DNA of 64,000 nt, from positions 3,553,426 to 3,617,425 of the forward strand of contig OZ250156.1 in the NCBI GenBank assembly GCA_965237745.1, in the 5' to 3' direction. The position numbers were made by a program, and so were the translations under genes. The stretch is from Dehalococcoidia bacterium (GTDB taxonomy: Bacteria > Chloroflexota > Dehalococcoidia > Lucifugimonadales > UBA3495). Of this stretch, positions 1 to 8,923 are shown piece by piece (the first letter of the stretch is position 1; each line of letters starts with the position of its first letter). The notes under the pieces are model-generated. The model worked only from the letters and a program-made list of their open reading frames with translations, was not told the DNA's origin and made no database searches.

Positions 1-1
1 A

Positions 2-1432
2 AAGTTGCCCTGGCCTGCCTCTGGCTTCGATATAGTAGTCGGCAACCCCCCCTGGACCGAGATTACGGAAAACGAAAAGACCCGACCCGAGGAGTGGGCC
101 AAGCAGCTTGGACGCGTGATTGGAGGCCGAAACCCCTCGCAGCTGTTCCTGTGGAGAGCCTTGGATTTACTGAAAGATGGGGGTACAGCCGCTCTCCTGG
201 TCGGCGCAAAAGCAATGCTCAACACAACCAAAACCGCCCGCCTTTTCCGCGAACAATGGCTTCAAGAAGTGAGACTTGACCACGTGGTCAACTTCAGTAA
301 TGTCAGGAAGGACTTTTTCGCGAGCGGCGTTGCACCTTTCATGTTGGTTCGATTCCGTCGTGGCGATCGCCTATCCAATGAGATGGTGGTCTATGAAACC
401 GCTCGACCGGTAACTCCTGGAAGACGTGGCTCCGCGGCATTAGCACGGCTGGACCGCCAAGTGGTGCCGCAGGCGTCCTTGCTTGCTCGGCACTATCTAT
501 GGAAAACATACAGCGCGGGCTCTCTCCGAGATGATGCTCTAGTGGCGAGGCTAGAGGTCGAAGACCGGTTGAGCCAATATATCTCAGGTAGCCCACAGGG
601 TTTTGGGTTTCAACGACCACATGGACAACAACAAGGTCATGCTACCCCGCAAAGTATGGACGGTCTCCCCATTCTCTCGAAGTTCGATTCGTGGGGACCT
701 CTCAGGCAAGAATGGTACGAACCCGCCCCGTCGCGGGTGAAGTATCTTCCTGACGAGCGGTTCTTTAGGGGACAAAGGTTGCTGGTACGGTGGGGCGTCT
801 CTCCCAAGTTCGGGCCACATGCGAGATTGGAGACCAACCCCGTCGCCTTCCGACACACAACCTATTCAATATCCTTGGATCACTTGTCTTCGTGGGAAGG
901 TAAGGTCATCCTAGCAACACTGTTGTCGTCCTTGGGCCGCTACTGGCTGTACATGGTCTCCGGCTCCTGGGGTACATGGCGAGACCAAGTCCGCATGAAC
1001 GACGTTCTTAATCTGCCTGTCAGACTTAGTCCTCCCTCTGACGACTTGATAGGGCGGATAGAACAGGCCGTGGACGACCTTTATAACATGACTCCGCAGA
1101 GGAAGAGGGGTCTTGCCTGCACAGTCCCCCCTGAGATGAAAGGGATCGACGAAGGCATAGCGGACCTGTTTGAACTGACTGATGCAGAGCGGAGTCTTGT
1201 CGCAGACTTCTGGGCAGCCCTAGAGCCGGACGCGACTTTGCCATTACCGGTCGTCGACATCGTGGGAGGTAATGAGGCCGACCTAAGTACCAGCAGCCCA
1301 GACGGCATCTGGCCGTATTTGAGGGTGTTAGTAAGGGCTTGGAATCGAAGATTAAGGGAAAGGGGGCAATTTAGTTGGAGGGTATATCGGTACGCTCCTA
1401 GTATTACAACGACAGTTGGTTCCGAGAGGTAG
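2..1432 (+). CDS. N6-adenine DNA methyltransferase, C-terminal part (5' end outside window); type IIG/Eco57I- or BREX PglX-like
   Basis: Reading frame is open from the window edge. Catalytic motif IV FDIVVGNPPW lies near the start, followed by about 450 aa of target-recognition-like sequence. The last codons run into the inverted-repeat element at 1397. Confidence 0.7.
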   Translation, partial: KLPWPASGFDIVVGNPPWTEITENEKTRPEEWAKQLGRVIGGRNPSQLFLWRALDLLKDGGTAALLVGAKAMLNTTKTARLFREQWLQEVRLDHVVNFSNVRKDFFASGVAPFMLVRFRRGDRLSNEMVVYETARPVTPGRRGSAALARLDRQVVPQASLLARHYLWKTYSAGSLRDDALVARLEVEDRLSQYISGSPQGFGFQRPHGQQQGHATPQSMDGLPILSKFDSWGPLRQEWYEPAPSRVKYLPDERFFRGQRLLVRWGVSPKFGPHARLETNPVAFRHTTYSISLDHLSSWEGKVILATLLSSLGRYWLYMVSGSWGTWRDQVRMNDVLNLPVRLSPPSDDLIGRIEQAVDDLYNMTPQRKRGLACTVPPEMKGIDEGIADLFELTDAERSLVADFWAALEPDATLPLPVVDIVGGNEADLSTSSPDGIWPYLRVLVRAWNRRLRERGQFSWRVYRYAPSITTTVGSER

Positions 1433-1551
1433 CTGATGTGCGGATTTTGAGGCTGGCACTACGCGGGCGCGAGCCTCTGACAAGAAAGGCCTCATAGCTG
1501 GAAGACTAACCCCCGGCCCGGGTTTACTCAATATGTCGTTGTAATACTAGG
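1397..1551. repeat. Inverted-repeat-bounded element, copy 1 (18-bp perfect arms CCTAGTATTACAACGACA / TGTCGTTGTAATACTAGG)
   Basis: Arms at 1397-1414 and 1534-1551 are exact reverse complements. Core GTATTACAACGAC to GTCGTTGTAATAC spans 1401-1547, which is 147 bp. The same core pair occurs again at 53581-53727. Confidence 0.9.
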
Positions 1552-1603
1552 GGAGTTGACTGCTTGTCAACTCCCTTGCAGCCCTTCCGTGAAAGGGCAA
1601 GTC

Positions 1604-2590
1604 CTAGTTGGGGGTTACGGCGAGGGAGCGGATTTCTCCGAACTCCTTCTGGAGCTTGCTCCACGTGTCGCCACCGTCTTCGCTGACGTAGACGTAGCCG
1701 AAGAGGCTGGCAGCGGCCACTACGTTGGGCATTTCGGGGTTGTTGGCGAGCCAGTAGACTACGGAGTTGGGCTCGACGGGGAGGTTGGCCTTGTCCCAGC
1801 TCTGGCCGCCGTCGCGGCTTACCTGGACCGCGCCGGTGACGCCGGGGATGAAGTCGCCGTTGCCGACGAACATGGTGTTGGGGTCGTCGGCCTTGATGAC
1901 CATGCCGCGGCAATAGGAGCGGGCGTCGGCCTCACTGAACTTGGGGAAGTAGTGGTAGTCCCAGCTCTCGCCCTCGTCGCCGCTGGTGGCGATGCCGAAG
2001 GGGCTGGTGCAGAAGAAGGCCGGGTTGTCGCCGCCGCGCAGGGCCATGCCGTGGATGTCGCCATGGAAGGGGTCGGGGCCTAGATCGGGAAGGTGGACCC
2101 AGTTGTCGCCGCCGTCCAGGCTCTTGTAGACGCCGTCAACCTCTATGCCGGCCCAGACCGTGCGGCTGTCGCGGGGGTCGACGATGATGTTGGTGGTGCG
2201 CGGCGTGCCGATGGGGCATTCCATGTTGACGCCCATATCCAGCTTCTGCCACGACTTGCCGCCGTCGCGAGAGCGGAAGCCCTCGGGCCGGGTGCCGGCG
2301 AAGATGGTGTCGGAGTTGCTCGGGTCGACGGCCACCGACCACACCTGCAGGTCGCCGAAGGGGGTGTCGACGGCCTCCCACGAGAGACCGTTGTCCTCGG
2401 TGCGGAACAGGCCCAGACCATCGGAGCCGGCCAGAACGCGGTGCGGGTTGTCGGGGTAGGTGCGCAGGGCGCGGATGTTGCCTTCGGTGGGAATGGGGTT
2501 ACGAATCTTGGTCCAGGTATCGCCGCTGTCGGAACTGATGTTCAGTCCCTGCCCAACGGTGCCTACGAAGATGGAGTAGTTTCCAGACAT
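1604..2590 (-). CDS. BNR/Asp-box repeat beta-propeller protein (sialidase-like / Ycf48-like fold)
   Basis: Seven SxDxGxTW-type Asp-boxes (SSDSGDTW, TEDNGLSW, SRDGGKSW, SLDGGDNW, SGDEGESW, SRDGGQSW, SEDGGDTW). I prefer the ATG at 2590 because GGAGGC lies just upstream of it; the track ORF starts at 2605. Confidence 0.85.
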   Translation of the reverse strand: MSGNYSIFVGTVGQGLNISSDSGDTWTKIRNPIPTEGNIRALRTYPDNPHRVLAGSDGLGLFRTEDNGLSWEAVDTPFGDLQVWSVAVDPSNSDTIFAGTRPEGFRSRDGGKSWQKLDMGVNMECPIGTPRTTNIIVDPRDSRTVWAGIEVDGVYKSLDGGDNWVHLPDLGPDPFHGDIHGMALRGGDNPAFFCTSPFGIATSGDEGESWDYHYFPKFSEADARSYCRGMVIKADDPNTMFVGNGDFIPGVTGAVQVSRDGGQSWDKANLPVEPNSVVYWLANNPEMPNVVAAASLFGYVYVSEDGGDTWSKLQKEFGEIRSLAVTPN

Positions 2591-2762
2591 TTTCGTGCCT
2601 CCCAAAGCGCATTTCGGACTCTGCTTGGGTCTGCCGCTATGATAGCCGCGCGGCAGGGAAAATTCCAGCGGAAGGCGTCAGAGAACGTTTTCGTCAAGTT
2701 GACACTCCGCCGCAGCCCCTTCAAAATGAAGAAACAGGGACCAAGGAAACGGGAGGTTTACA

Positions 2763-3332
2763 ATGACGACCACAGCTTACACAGTTGATGAATTCATCGA
2801 CGACGTTCGCGAGATTTTTGACGCGACGCAGGACCCGCTGGCCCAGGCCAAGGGCGTGTCCGAGAAGATGGAAGTGCTGCTGCAGACCCCAGGCTGGCTG
2901 GAGGAGCGGCTGGAGTTGCCGGACGAGGGCGGGTACGGGCGATACGACCTGCACCTGGACGAGGACTACGGGCATCCGGGCGGCGGTTTCTGGCTGATGG
3001 CCTCGGTTCAGAAACCCGACCAAGACAACCTGCCCCACGACCACGGCGCGGCCTGGGTGGTCTACGGCGTGTACGATGGCGCGATCAAGCAGACCAAGTT
3101 CCGGTGGTACTACCCGGGCGAGGGTGTGGACTCGGTGCAGATCAAGGAGACCGGCGATTTCGTGCAGAAGGACGGCAAGGTGGCCTTCTTCCTGCCGGGC
3201 GAAATCCACAACACGCTGAACGTCACGGGCGACCGGGCGCTGGTGGTGCGGCTGGAGTCGCAGAAGCTGGACCGGGTGATCCGCTACCAGTACAACCCGG
3301 AGGAAGGGACGGTCAGGGTGATGGAGCAGTAG
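2763..3332 (+). CDS. Cupin-fold protein (cysteine-dioxygenase-like metal site)
   Basis: 189-aa ORF with a His-rich cupin-like segment (LPHDHGAAWVVYGV ... GEIHNT). GGAG-type RBS upstream, coding-like composition, followed by a hairpin terminator. Confidence 0.6.
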   Translation: MTTTAYTVDEFIDDVREIFDATQDPLAQAKGVSEKMEVLLQTPGWLEERLELPDEGGYGRYDLHLDEDYGHPGGGFWLMASVQKPDQDNLPHDHGAAWVVYGVYDGAIKQTKFRWYYPGEGVDSVQIKETGDFVQKDGKVAFFLPGEIHNTLNVTGDRALVVRLESQKLDRVIRYQYNPEEGTVRVMEQ

Positions 3333-3378
3333 GTTCTGCACACGCCCGGCCGTTCGCGGCCAACACGGTTAGACGCGG

Positions 3379-3413
3379 AGACGCCCCTCGCGATTGCGGG
3401 GGGCGTTTCTTTC
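3379..3413. terminator. Intrinsic terminator-like hairpin between convergent genes
   Basis: Stem ACGCCCC (3381-3387) pairs with GGGGCGT (3400-3406), 10-12 nt loop, followed by TTTCTTTC. It marks the switch from GC-rich to AT-richer DNA. Confidence 0.6.
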
Positions 3414-3456
3414 GTGGGTGGTTAGAACACTTTTCCAAGGACCCAAAAATAAGGTG

Positions 3457-3927
3457 CTACTCACTTTTTCGGCATAGCTCTTTATTGCCAAGCAATCGTT
3501 TATGTCCCTTCGTAAATTCCTTGTCCGCATTTGTCGAGAAAATTTTACCTCGTGGATTGTCAATCAGCGTTTTACTCTTAAAGTCTCGATGCAATTTCAT
3601 ATCATTTGAATAAAGTAATCTAGCACCACTAACCTGTGCCAAAGCAATTACATGTGGGTCATCTGATCGGCACATTCCAACTTCCTTTAATTGCTGAGTT
3701 AACGAGATAACAGAATCCTGATTTTCTGTTCTTAATCTCCCTGCCAATCGGGCAGCTTGGGACCATTGCTTAAAATCGGATAGTTTTTGGAGCTCTTCAA
3801 GCAGCCTTCCGCCTACCACTAGCCGACCTTGTCCTCTATTTATCCATTCGAGAAACTTTGCACCGGCCGAACCCTGGTCAGAACTAAACACCTCACTAGC
3901 AGTATTTGCGTCTATAATGGCGCACAT
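3457..3927 (-). CDS. PIN-like (DUF4411-like) putative nuclease, second gene of the low-GC ATPase module
   Basis: N-terminal MCAIIDAN (PIN-type first acidic residue). Central CRSDDPHVIALAQVSGARLLYSND resembles the ADPWLIA-type motif of DUF4411/PIN-like domains. Overlaps the upstream ATPase gene by 16 nt. Confidence 0.55.
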   Translation of the reverse strand: MCAIIDANTASEVFSSDQGSAGAKFLEWINRGQGRLVVGGRLLEELQKLSDFKQWSQAARLAGRLRTENQDSVISLTQQLKEVGMCRSDDPHVIALAQVSGARLLYSNDMKLHRDFKSKTLIDNPRGKIFSTNADKEFTKGHKRLLGNKELCRKSE

Positions 3928-5288
3928 TTCTTAGTCGTTGGGCTGCCGATAATTTTTCCACACCTGGAGGTCTCCTCCATGAAAAAACTGCGATAACCGT
4001 CGGGCGCTCCCAACACGTTTCCTTCTTCGTCAATTTCGAGGGAATGGATCTTGACGTCTAGATCGTTACGTTCAAAAAAGAGGATGGAGACATCGGATGG
4101 CTTCAATCCAGCAACACCGTCACGTACATCCATACGCACTCTATCAAGCAAATGGTCACTGTGGGTTTCGACTACAAGCTGACGCTCCGGACCGGCGATT
4201 TGGCACAACAGGCTTCCTAGAGCGGCCTGGGCACTTGGATGAAGGTGAACCTCCGGTTGTTGGAGCAAGCTCATCGGAGATACATCATCTCGCAGTAACT
4301 CAGTTACTATAGGCAAGACTTGGCTAACGCCGTATCCCACATCGATTAGGTTTCGGGGAGGGCCTTTTCGCTTTCCGCTAAATTTTCTAACCTGCACTTG
4401 AAAAGGTTCGCTATCTCTCTTGCCCAACCGTTTGATTGATATTTCGTCAAATAGGCCGGAACTTTTTCCGTATGTTTCAAGCAGACACTTAAGAGTTTCC
4501 CACTGTGCCTCGTCCTGTGCAACTAGATTAGCTAGATACATTGGGACATAGTCCCCTTCAGGATCAGGAGTGGGGCGGGATGGGTCGTACGTACGTTTGG
4601 GCTTTGAACGCACCGGGGCTCCGGCAAATACCTTTGTCTCGCGATGGAAATGTTCAAACCCGGTGGCAGAAAGAGTCCTGATATTACTCAAGTCGTCTGG
4701 ACCCAAGTCTGGCGAGCCCTCTAGAGGTTCAATAAGAATATCCTCGTCCTCCCGCAACTTGCCTGAAAGCAGCCTTGCAGCCAAGACCGGAGCCCACATC
4801 TTTTCATCATAAGCGTCGAACCAGACTACAGATTCAGCAGGGACAATTCCTTTCCATGTCCCATTGCGAGTCCCTACTTGGATAAGAAAGGGACTACCTG
4901 TCGAATAAAGTTCCTCTATCCAAATATCTTCGAAAGCGCGGTACCTTCGAATCGGAATCGGCGCGGTCCCGCTCTTCTTGAAGGTGACTTCATAGCGATA
5001 TGGGCGAATGCGGGAACCCTTCTTGATATCAAGGCAAAACCCCGCCTCAAAGGAATCCGTTCGGCGATCCCGATAGTGGACAATTTCGTCAAAGCTCCCC
5101 AAATCATATGGGGCCTCTTTGAAATCCGGCAGTTTAATGGAAAATGCGACATCCCATAGGGCTTTCAATAAGGCTAAGAATGAAGTTTTACCTGTGCTAT
5201 TCTCACCCACAAGAAGTGTCAGCGGAGCTAACCTAGCGCTTTGTTTATCATGAAAACAACGAAAATCTTTGAGGGTTATTTCGTTCAT
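3912..5288 (-). CDS. ABC/SMC-type AAA ATPase (AAA_15/AAA_21-like with DUF3696-like C-terminus)
   Basis: Walker A LLVGENSTGKTSFL. Walker B/D-loop LLQQPEVHLHPSAQ. H-loop VVETHSDHLLDRV. Clearly AT-richer than the flanking DNA. Confidence 0.8.
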   Translation of the reverse strand: MNEITLKDFRCFHDKQSARLAPLTLLVGENSTGKTSFLALLKALWDVAFSIKLPDFKEAPYDLGSFDEIVHYRDRRTDSFEAGFCLDIKKGSRIRPYRYEVTFKKSGTAPIPIRRYRAFEDIWIEELYSTGSPFLIQVGTRNGTWKGIVPAESVVWFDAYDEKMWAPVLAARLLSGKLREDEDILIEPLEGSPDLGPDDLSNIRTLSATGFEHFHRETKVFAGAPVRSKPKRTYDPSRPTPDPEGDYVPMYLANLVAQDEAQWETLKCLLETYGKSSGLFDEISIKRLGKRDSEPFQVQVRKFSGKRKGPPRNLIDVGYGVSQVLPIVTELLRDDVSPMSLLQQPEVHLHPSAQAALGSLLCQIAGPERQLVVETHSDHLLDRVRMDVRDGVAGLKPSDVSILFFERNDLDVKIHSLEIDEEGNVLGAPDGYRSFFMEETSRCGKIIGSPTTKKCAPL

Positions 5289-5300
5289 GGCCGCCTTCTG

Positions 5301-5329
5301 TATATGGAACTAAGATGCCAATCTGTCAA
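5301..5329 (-). promoter_or_regulatory. Possible sigma70-like promoter for the ATPase/PIN module
   Basis: On the minus strand, TTGACA (5329-5324), a 17-nt spacer, then CATATA (5306-5301), followed by AAGGCGG and the ATG at 5288. Pattern match only. Confidence 0.25.
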
Positions 5330-5392
5330 TTCTACAATATACAATGCTAGGATCCCCGTCTGAACAGGAGCGCCGGGACTAGGACGATGGTA

Positions 5393-5638
5393 TCAAGAAC
5401 CAGGCGCAATTGGCCCGCCACCTCTTCGTGCCCAGGCAACAGCGTCGGCCAAGTCTGCCTCCGTTATTCCCATTTCTGCCAGCTTGTCCCGAACCGCCTC
5501 GATTGACGTTCTGCGCACTGAGGTTAGGACGAGGCAACCGTCCCGCTCCTCTATATCAAGGTACTCGACGCCGTGGAGGGCCAGGGCCACCTCGTCGGGG
5601 ATGGTTATCTGGTTTGGCCCGGTCATTTTTGCCCGCAT
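5393..5638 (-). CDS. AbrB/SpoVT (MazE/VapB-like) antitoxin-type DNA-binding protein, no cognate toxin adjacent
   Basis: ITIPDEVALAL looped-hinge-helix-type motif in an 81-aa protein. High-GC composition, unlike the downstream ATPase island. Confidence 0.6.
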   Translation of the reverse strand: MRAKMTGPNQITIPDEVALALHGVEYLDIEERDGCLVLTSVRRTSIEAVRDKLAEMGITEADLADAVAWARRGGGPIAPGS

Positions 5639-5675
5639 TTTGCGACTACCTCGTGGCGAATGCTTCGAGTATATC

Positions 5676-7406
5676 TCAGTCTGCGGCGAGTTGGGCGCGG
5701 AGGGATTCGGTGGCTGGGAGGTCGAGGTTGCCGTCTTCGCCCAGGACTACGCCGTATTCGGCCTTTGCGTAGGCGGGGGTTAGTTTTTGTTGCTGGACGT
5801 CTTCGAGGACGGCTTGGGGGTCTCGGTTTAGGGGGTTGCCGTAGCCTCCGGCTCCGGCCTGGATTACTTGGTAGAGGTCGCCTTTTTTCAGGGTCATTAG
5901 ATGCTTTCCTGGGAGGTTTTGCTCTTCGGGGGTGCCTGGGTTGAGGGTGTTCTGGGTGGGGGTGCCGTCCTTGCCGCCCTCTACTCCCCAGGGGCGGAAG
6001 TTGGTGCGGTCGGAGCGGAGCTGGAAGGTGGCCTCCTCGGCGAGGAGACGGAATTCGCGGACTATGCCGAGGCCGCCGCGGAATTCGCCAGCGCCGCCGG
6101 TGTCGGGGACGAGGCCGAAACGCTCGACGAGCAGGGGCTGGTCGGACTCGATGCTCTCGATGGGGGTGTTGGCCATGTTCAGCACCGGGGAGGCGAGGCC
6201 GTCGGCGCCGTCGATGCTGGGGCCGCCTCCACGGGGGCCGTCGTTATTGAACTCGAGATAGACCCAGGCCTTGCGGTTGGGGTGATAGCCGCCGAAGCTC
6301 AGGCCGATCTCACCGCCGCCCCAGGCAGCGGGGACCCGACCCGGGAGGGCCTGGGCCATGGCTCCGAACATGGCCTGGCAGATGCGGAAGCCGGCGAGGC
6401 CGCGGGCCGCGACGGGGGCCGGATGCTGCGGATTGACGAAACAGCCCTCGGGCGCGGTGATATTGAAGGGGCGGAAAAAGCCGCTGTTGGACTGGATGGC
6501 GGGGTCGATGAGGCACTTCATCACGGCATAGACGTTGGACTTGGTGTAGGCGAAGTTGGGGTTGATGCTGCCCTTGGCCTGGGGGGAAGTGCCGTCGAAA
6601 TCGACGAAGACCTCATCGCCGTCGATCTTGACGTTGACGTGGATGTCGATGGACTGGGGATCGATGCCGTCGTTGTCGATATGATCGACGAAGTTCCACT
6701 CGCCCTGGGGCAGGGACGAAAACTCGGCGCGGGTCAGAGCCTCGGTAGTGTCCAAGATGTCGGCCATGTAGCTCTTCATCTCTTCCAGGCCGTAGTCGTC
6801 AACCAAGCGCAGCAGGTCGCGCTCACCGAAGCGGACGGCGGCCAGCAGGGCCTGGACGTCGCCAAGGACCTTCTCGGGAACCCGTACGTTCTTTTCCAAG
6901 ATGCGCCAGACTGCTTTGTTGAGCTCGCCTTCGGCGTAGAGCTTGAGGGGCGGGAGGATCAGGCCCTCCTGGTAGATCTCGGTGTTGTCGCAGGCGTTGC
7001 CGCCGGCCACGCGGCCGCCGATGTCGGTCTGGTGTCCGATGCAGCAACTCCAGCCCATGAGGACTTCGTTCACGAAGATGGGCTTGAACAGGAATATGTC
7101 GGGCAGGTGGCTGGCGCCCTCGTAGGGGTCGTTGTTGGCGAAGATATCGCCGGGGAGGACGTCGTCGCCGAAGGCGTTCATCACGCCCTCGAGCGCGGGG
7201 GCCATGCTGCCGAGGTGGGGCGGCAGAGTGAGGCCCTGGGCGACCTGCTGGCCCTCGGCGTTGAACAGGGCGGTGGAGAAGTCCATGCCGTGCTTGATGA
7301 CCGCCGAGCGAGCAGTGCGGACCACGGTGAGGGCCATGGTGTCGGCGGCGCTCATCAGGGCGTTCTTGATGATCTCGCGAGTTACGGGATCGGTGGTCTG
7401 CAGCAT
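5676..7406 (-). CDS. hyuB: Hydantoinase B / 5-oxoprolinase family subunit
   Basis: Full-length similarity pattern to HyuB (DPVTREIIKNALMSAADTMALTVVRTA ..., GGYGNP). The ATG at 7406 is preceded by GAGGAG; the track ORF extends to 7466. Confidence 0.9.
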   Translation of the reverse strand: MLQTTDPVTREIIKNALMSAADTMALTVVRTARSAVIKHGMDFSTALFNAEGQQVAQGLTLPPHLGSMAPALEGVMNAFGDDVLPGDIFANNDPYEGASHLPDIFLFKPIFVNEVLMGWSCCIGHQTDIGGRVAGGNACDNTEIYQEGLILPPLKLYAEGELNKAVWRILEKNVRVPEKVLGDVQALLAAVRFGERDLLRLVDDYGLEEMKSYMADILDTTEALTRAEFSSLPQGEWNFVDHIDNDGIDPQSIDIHVNVKIDGDEVFVDFDGTSPQAKGSINPNFAYTKSNVYAVMKCLIDPAIQSNSGFFRPFNITAPEGCFVNPQHPAPVAARGLAGFRICQAMFGAMAQALPGRVPAAWGGGEIGLSFGGYHPNRKAWVYLEFNNDGPRGGGPSIDGADGLASPVLNMANTPIESIESDQPLLVERFGLVPDTGGAGEFRGGLGIVREFRLLAEEATFQLRSDRTNFRPWGVEGGKDGTPTQNTLNPGTPEEQNLPGKHLMTLKKGDLYQVIQAGAGGYGNPLNRDPQAVLEDVQQQKLTPAYAKAEYGVVLGEDGNLDLPATESLRAQLAAD

Positions 7407-8923
7407 GGGACTCTCCTCATCCGCAGGGGTCTCAAGGGATGGAGCGGGTTGAGGGCATAGTGCCATAGGCGTAGGTGGTGGCGCAAGGAGGGGAGCGATG
7501 GTGTCGGCCTTAAATCTCTAGTGTGCTCTCAGTCGGAGTCGTTTCAGTTTCGGCATTCTAGCTGGACCACATATGAAATAACCGGCTATATCTGCGAGGG
7601 AAAGGCGGAGATCAAATGCAAACGCTACTATGTTTTGTTTACGAACCCTATGTCTATACAAGATAATGTATGCACGTGTTGCATGTCCCAATAAAGGACA
7701 AGACTGCACGGCGTGAAGGAGGCCCTATTGTGGGAGATCTAATCTCCGCTTGGGCGCCTCGGAGCCGCTCCCTATCGAGTAGAGGATCGGGTTAGCATCC
7801 GGTCTTTCTGGGGGATTGACGGTCGAGACGAAGGTGCTTCCACTGGTAAAGGTGGAACATGGCCCCTGACGACGACACGATAGTCCCTGGGGCGATTCCG
7901 CGCTAGGCTCTGGTCCTAACCACGGACATGGTGCGTGGAGGTGATCTACAACCGTGTCTAGGCAGAGGTAAGCGAACTGCTTGGAGTCCTGACCATAGAA
8001 TGGAGCACAGCTAGGCATGGGGAAACTTGTCCGAGGGCCCAGTCGTAGCTAGCGATATGGCTCGGGCCGAAATTACCCTGCTGGGAGTAGGGGCGGATTC
8101 ATATCGGTGAAGGAGGCATCCTGAACCGTATGTTCCCCGCCTCGACTCATTTCCAGCCCATTATTTCGAAATGTATAAATCAGTGTTCTTGTGTATTGTG
8201 AAATTGTTACCTATGAGCGAGTAGCGGTGTGAACCCGATCGTAAGGCTTTGCCAGAACGGCCTCCCGGAGTTGATATGCTTTCGGCTTGAGCTATTCCAC
8301 CTGGGCTTTTTCGCCGAGGCGGCTGTGAGTGTGTGGCGGGCAAGTGCGACGGGGGCGATGTGGGTGAACAATATCGTGATTGGCTTCACTATTTTGACTT
8401 GCTCGCAGGAGGGCCGGACAATGGCCGTGGATGGAACGTTCGCACGAAAAAGGTGGTGGTTGCGATGCAATTTGTGGTCAGCGAGCAGGCGTCTACGAAC
8501 ACGGCAATGGTGCATCGATGTAGCTGCAGGCAGGCACAGAGCCAGGAGAGCCAGTCGCTGGGCGTCCGAGTGCACGGGCCGTTCGCAACGGGGGAGCAGG
8601 CTATGAGCGCAGCGACCAGGACGGGTCGGAAGCGGGTGAGGAACTGCACGTCCTGCAGGCCATAGAACAGGTAGAAATGAGGATGGGGAGCAATAGGCCC
8701 AGCCAGTATTCGGCTGGGCCTATTGCTGTGGGTGGCCCTGCAGATTAGAACGTCCTTTGTGCTGACTGCCTGTCGATACCCACGACGCCTGACTTGCTGT
8801 CTGCAATGGGTGGGAGTAGACGCTATATTTGCCTGTCTGTTGAGAGCGGGTGACCAACCAACCGGATATTGCCAACCCCGGCGACAGGTGCGCCGTCGGT
8901 GGGTGAGGTATGTTCGGCTGGAG

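Noticed and set aside
1397-1551. Integron attC sites as the identity of the inverted-repeat units
   Set aside because: There is no intI or cassette array. The two units are 52 kb apart, and the cores (TTACAAC / GTTGTAA) do not fit the RYYYAAC / GTTRRRY consensus well.
5901-7460. 519-aa plus-strand ORF
   Set aside because: It is antisense to the clearly recognisable hyuB. The Gly/Ala/Val/Asp-rich low-complexity translation is typical of shadow ORFs in high-GC DNA.
8389-8649. 86-aa lipoprotein-like ORF (MQFLTRFRPVLVAALIAC...)
   Set aside because: It has a GTG start without an RBS, the remainder is Cys/Thr-rich and not protein-like, and it is embedded among overlapping ORFs. It is left uncalled.
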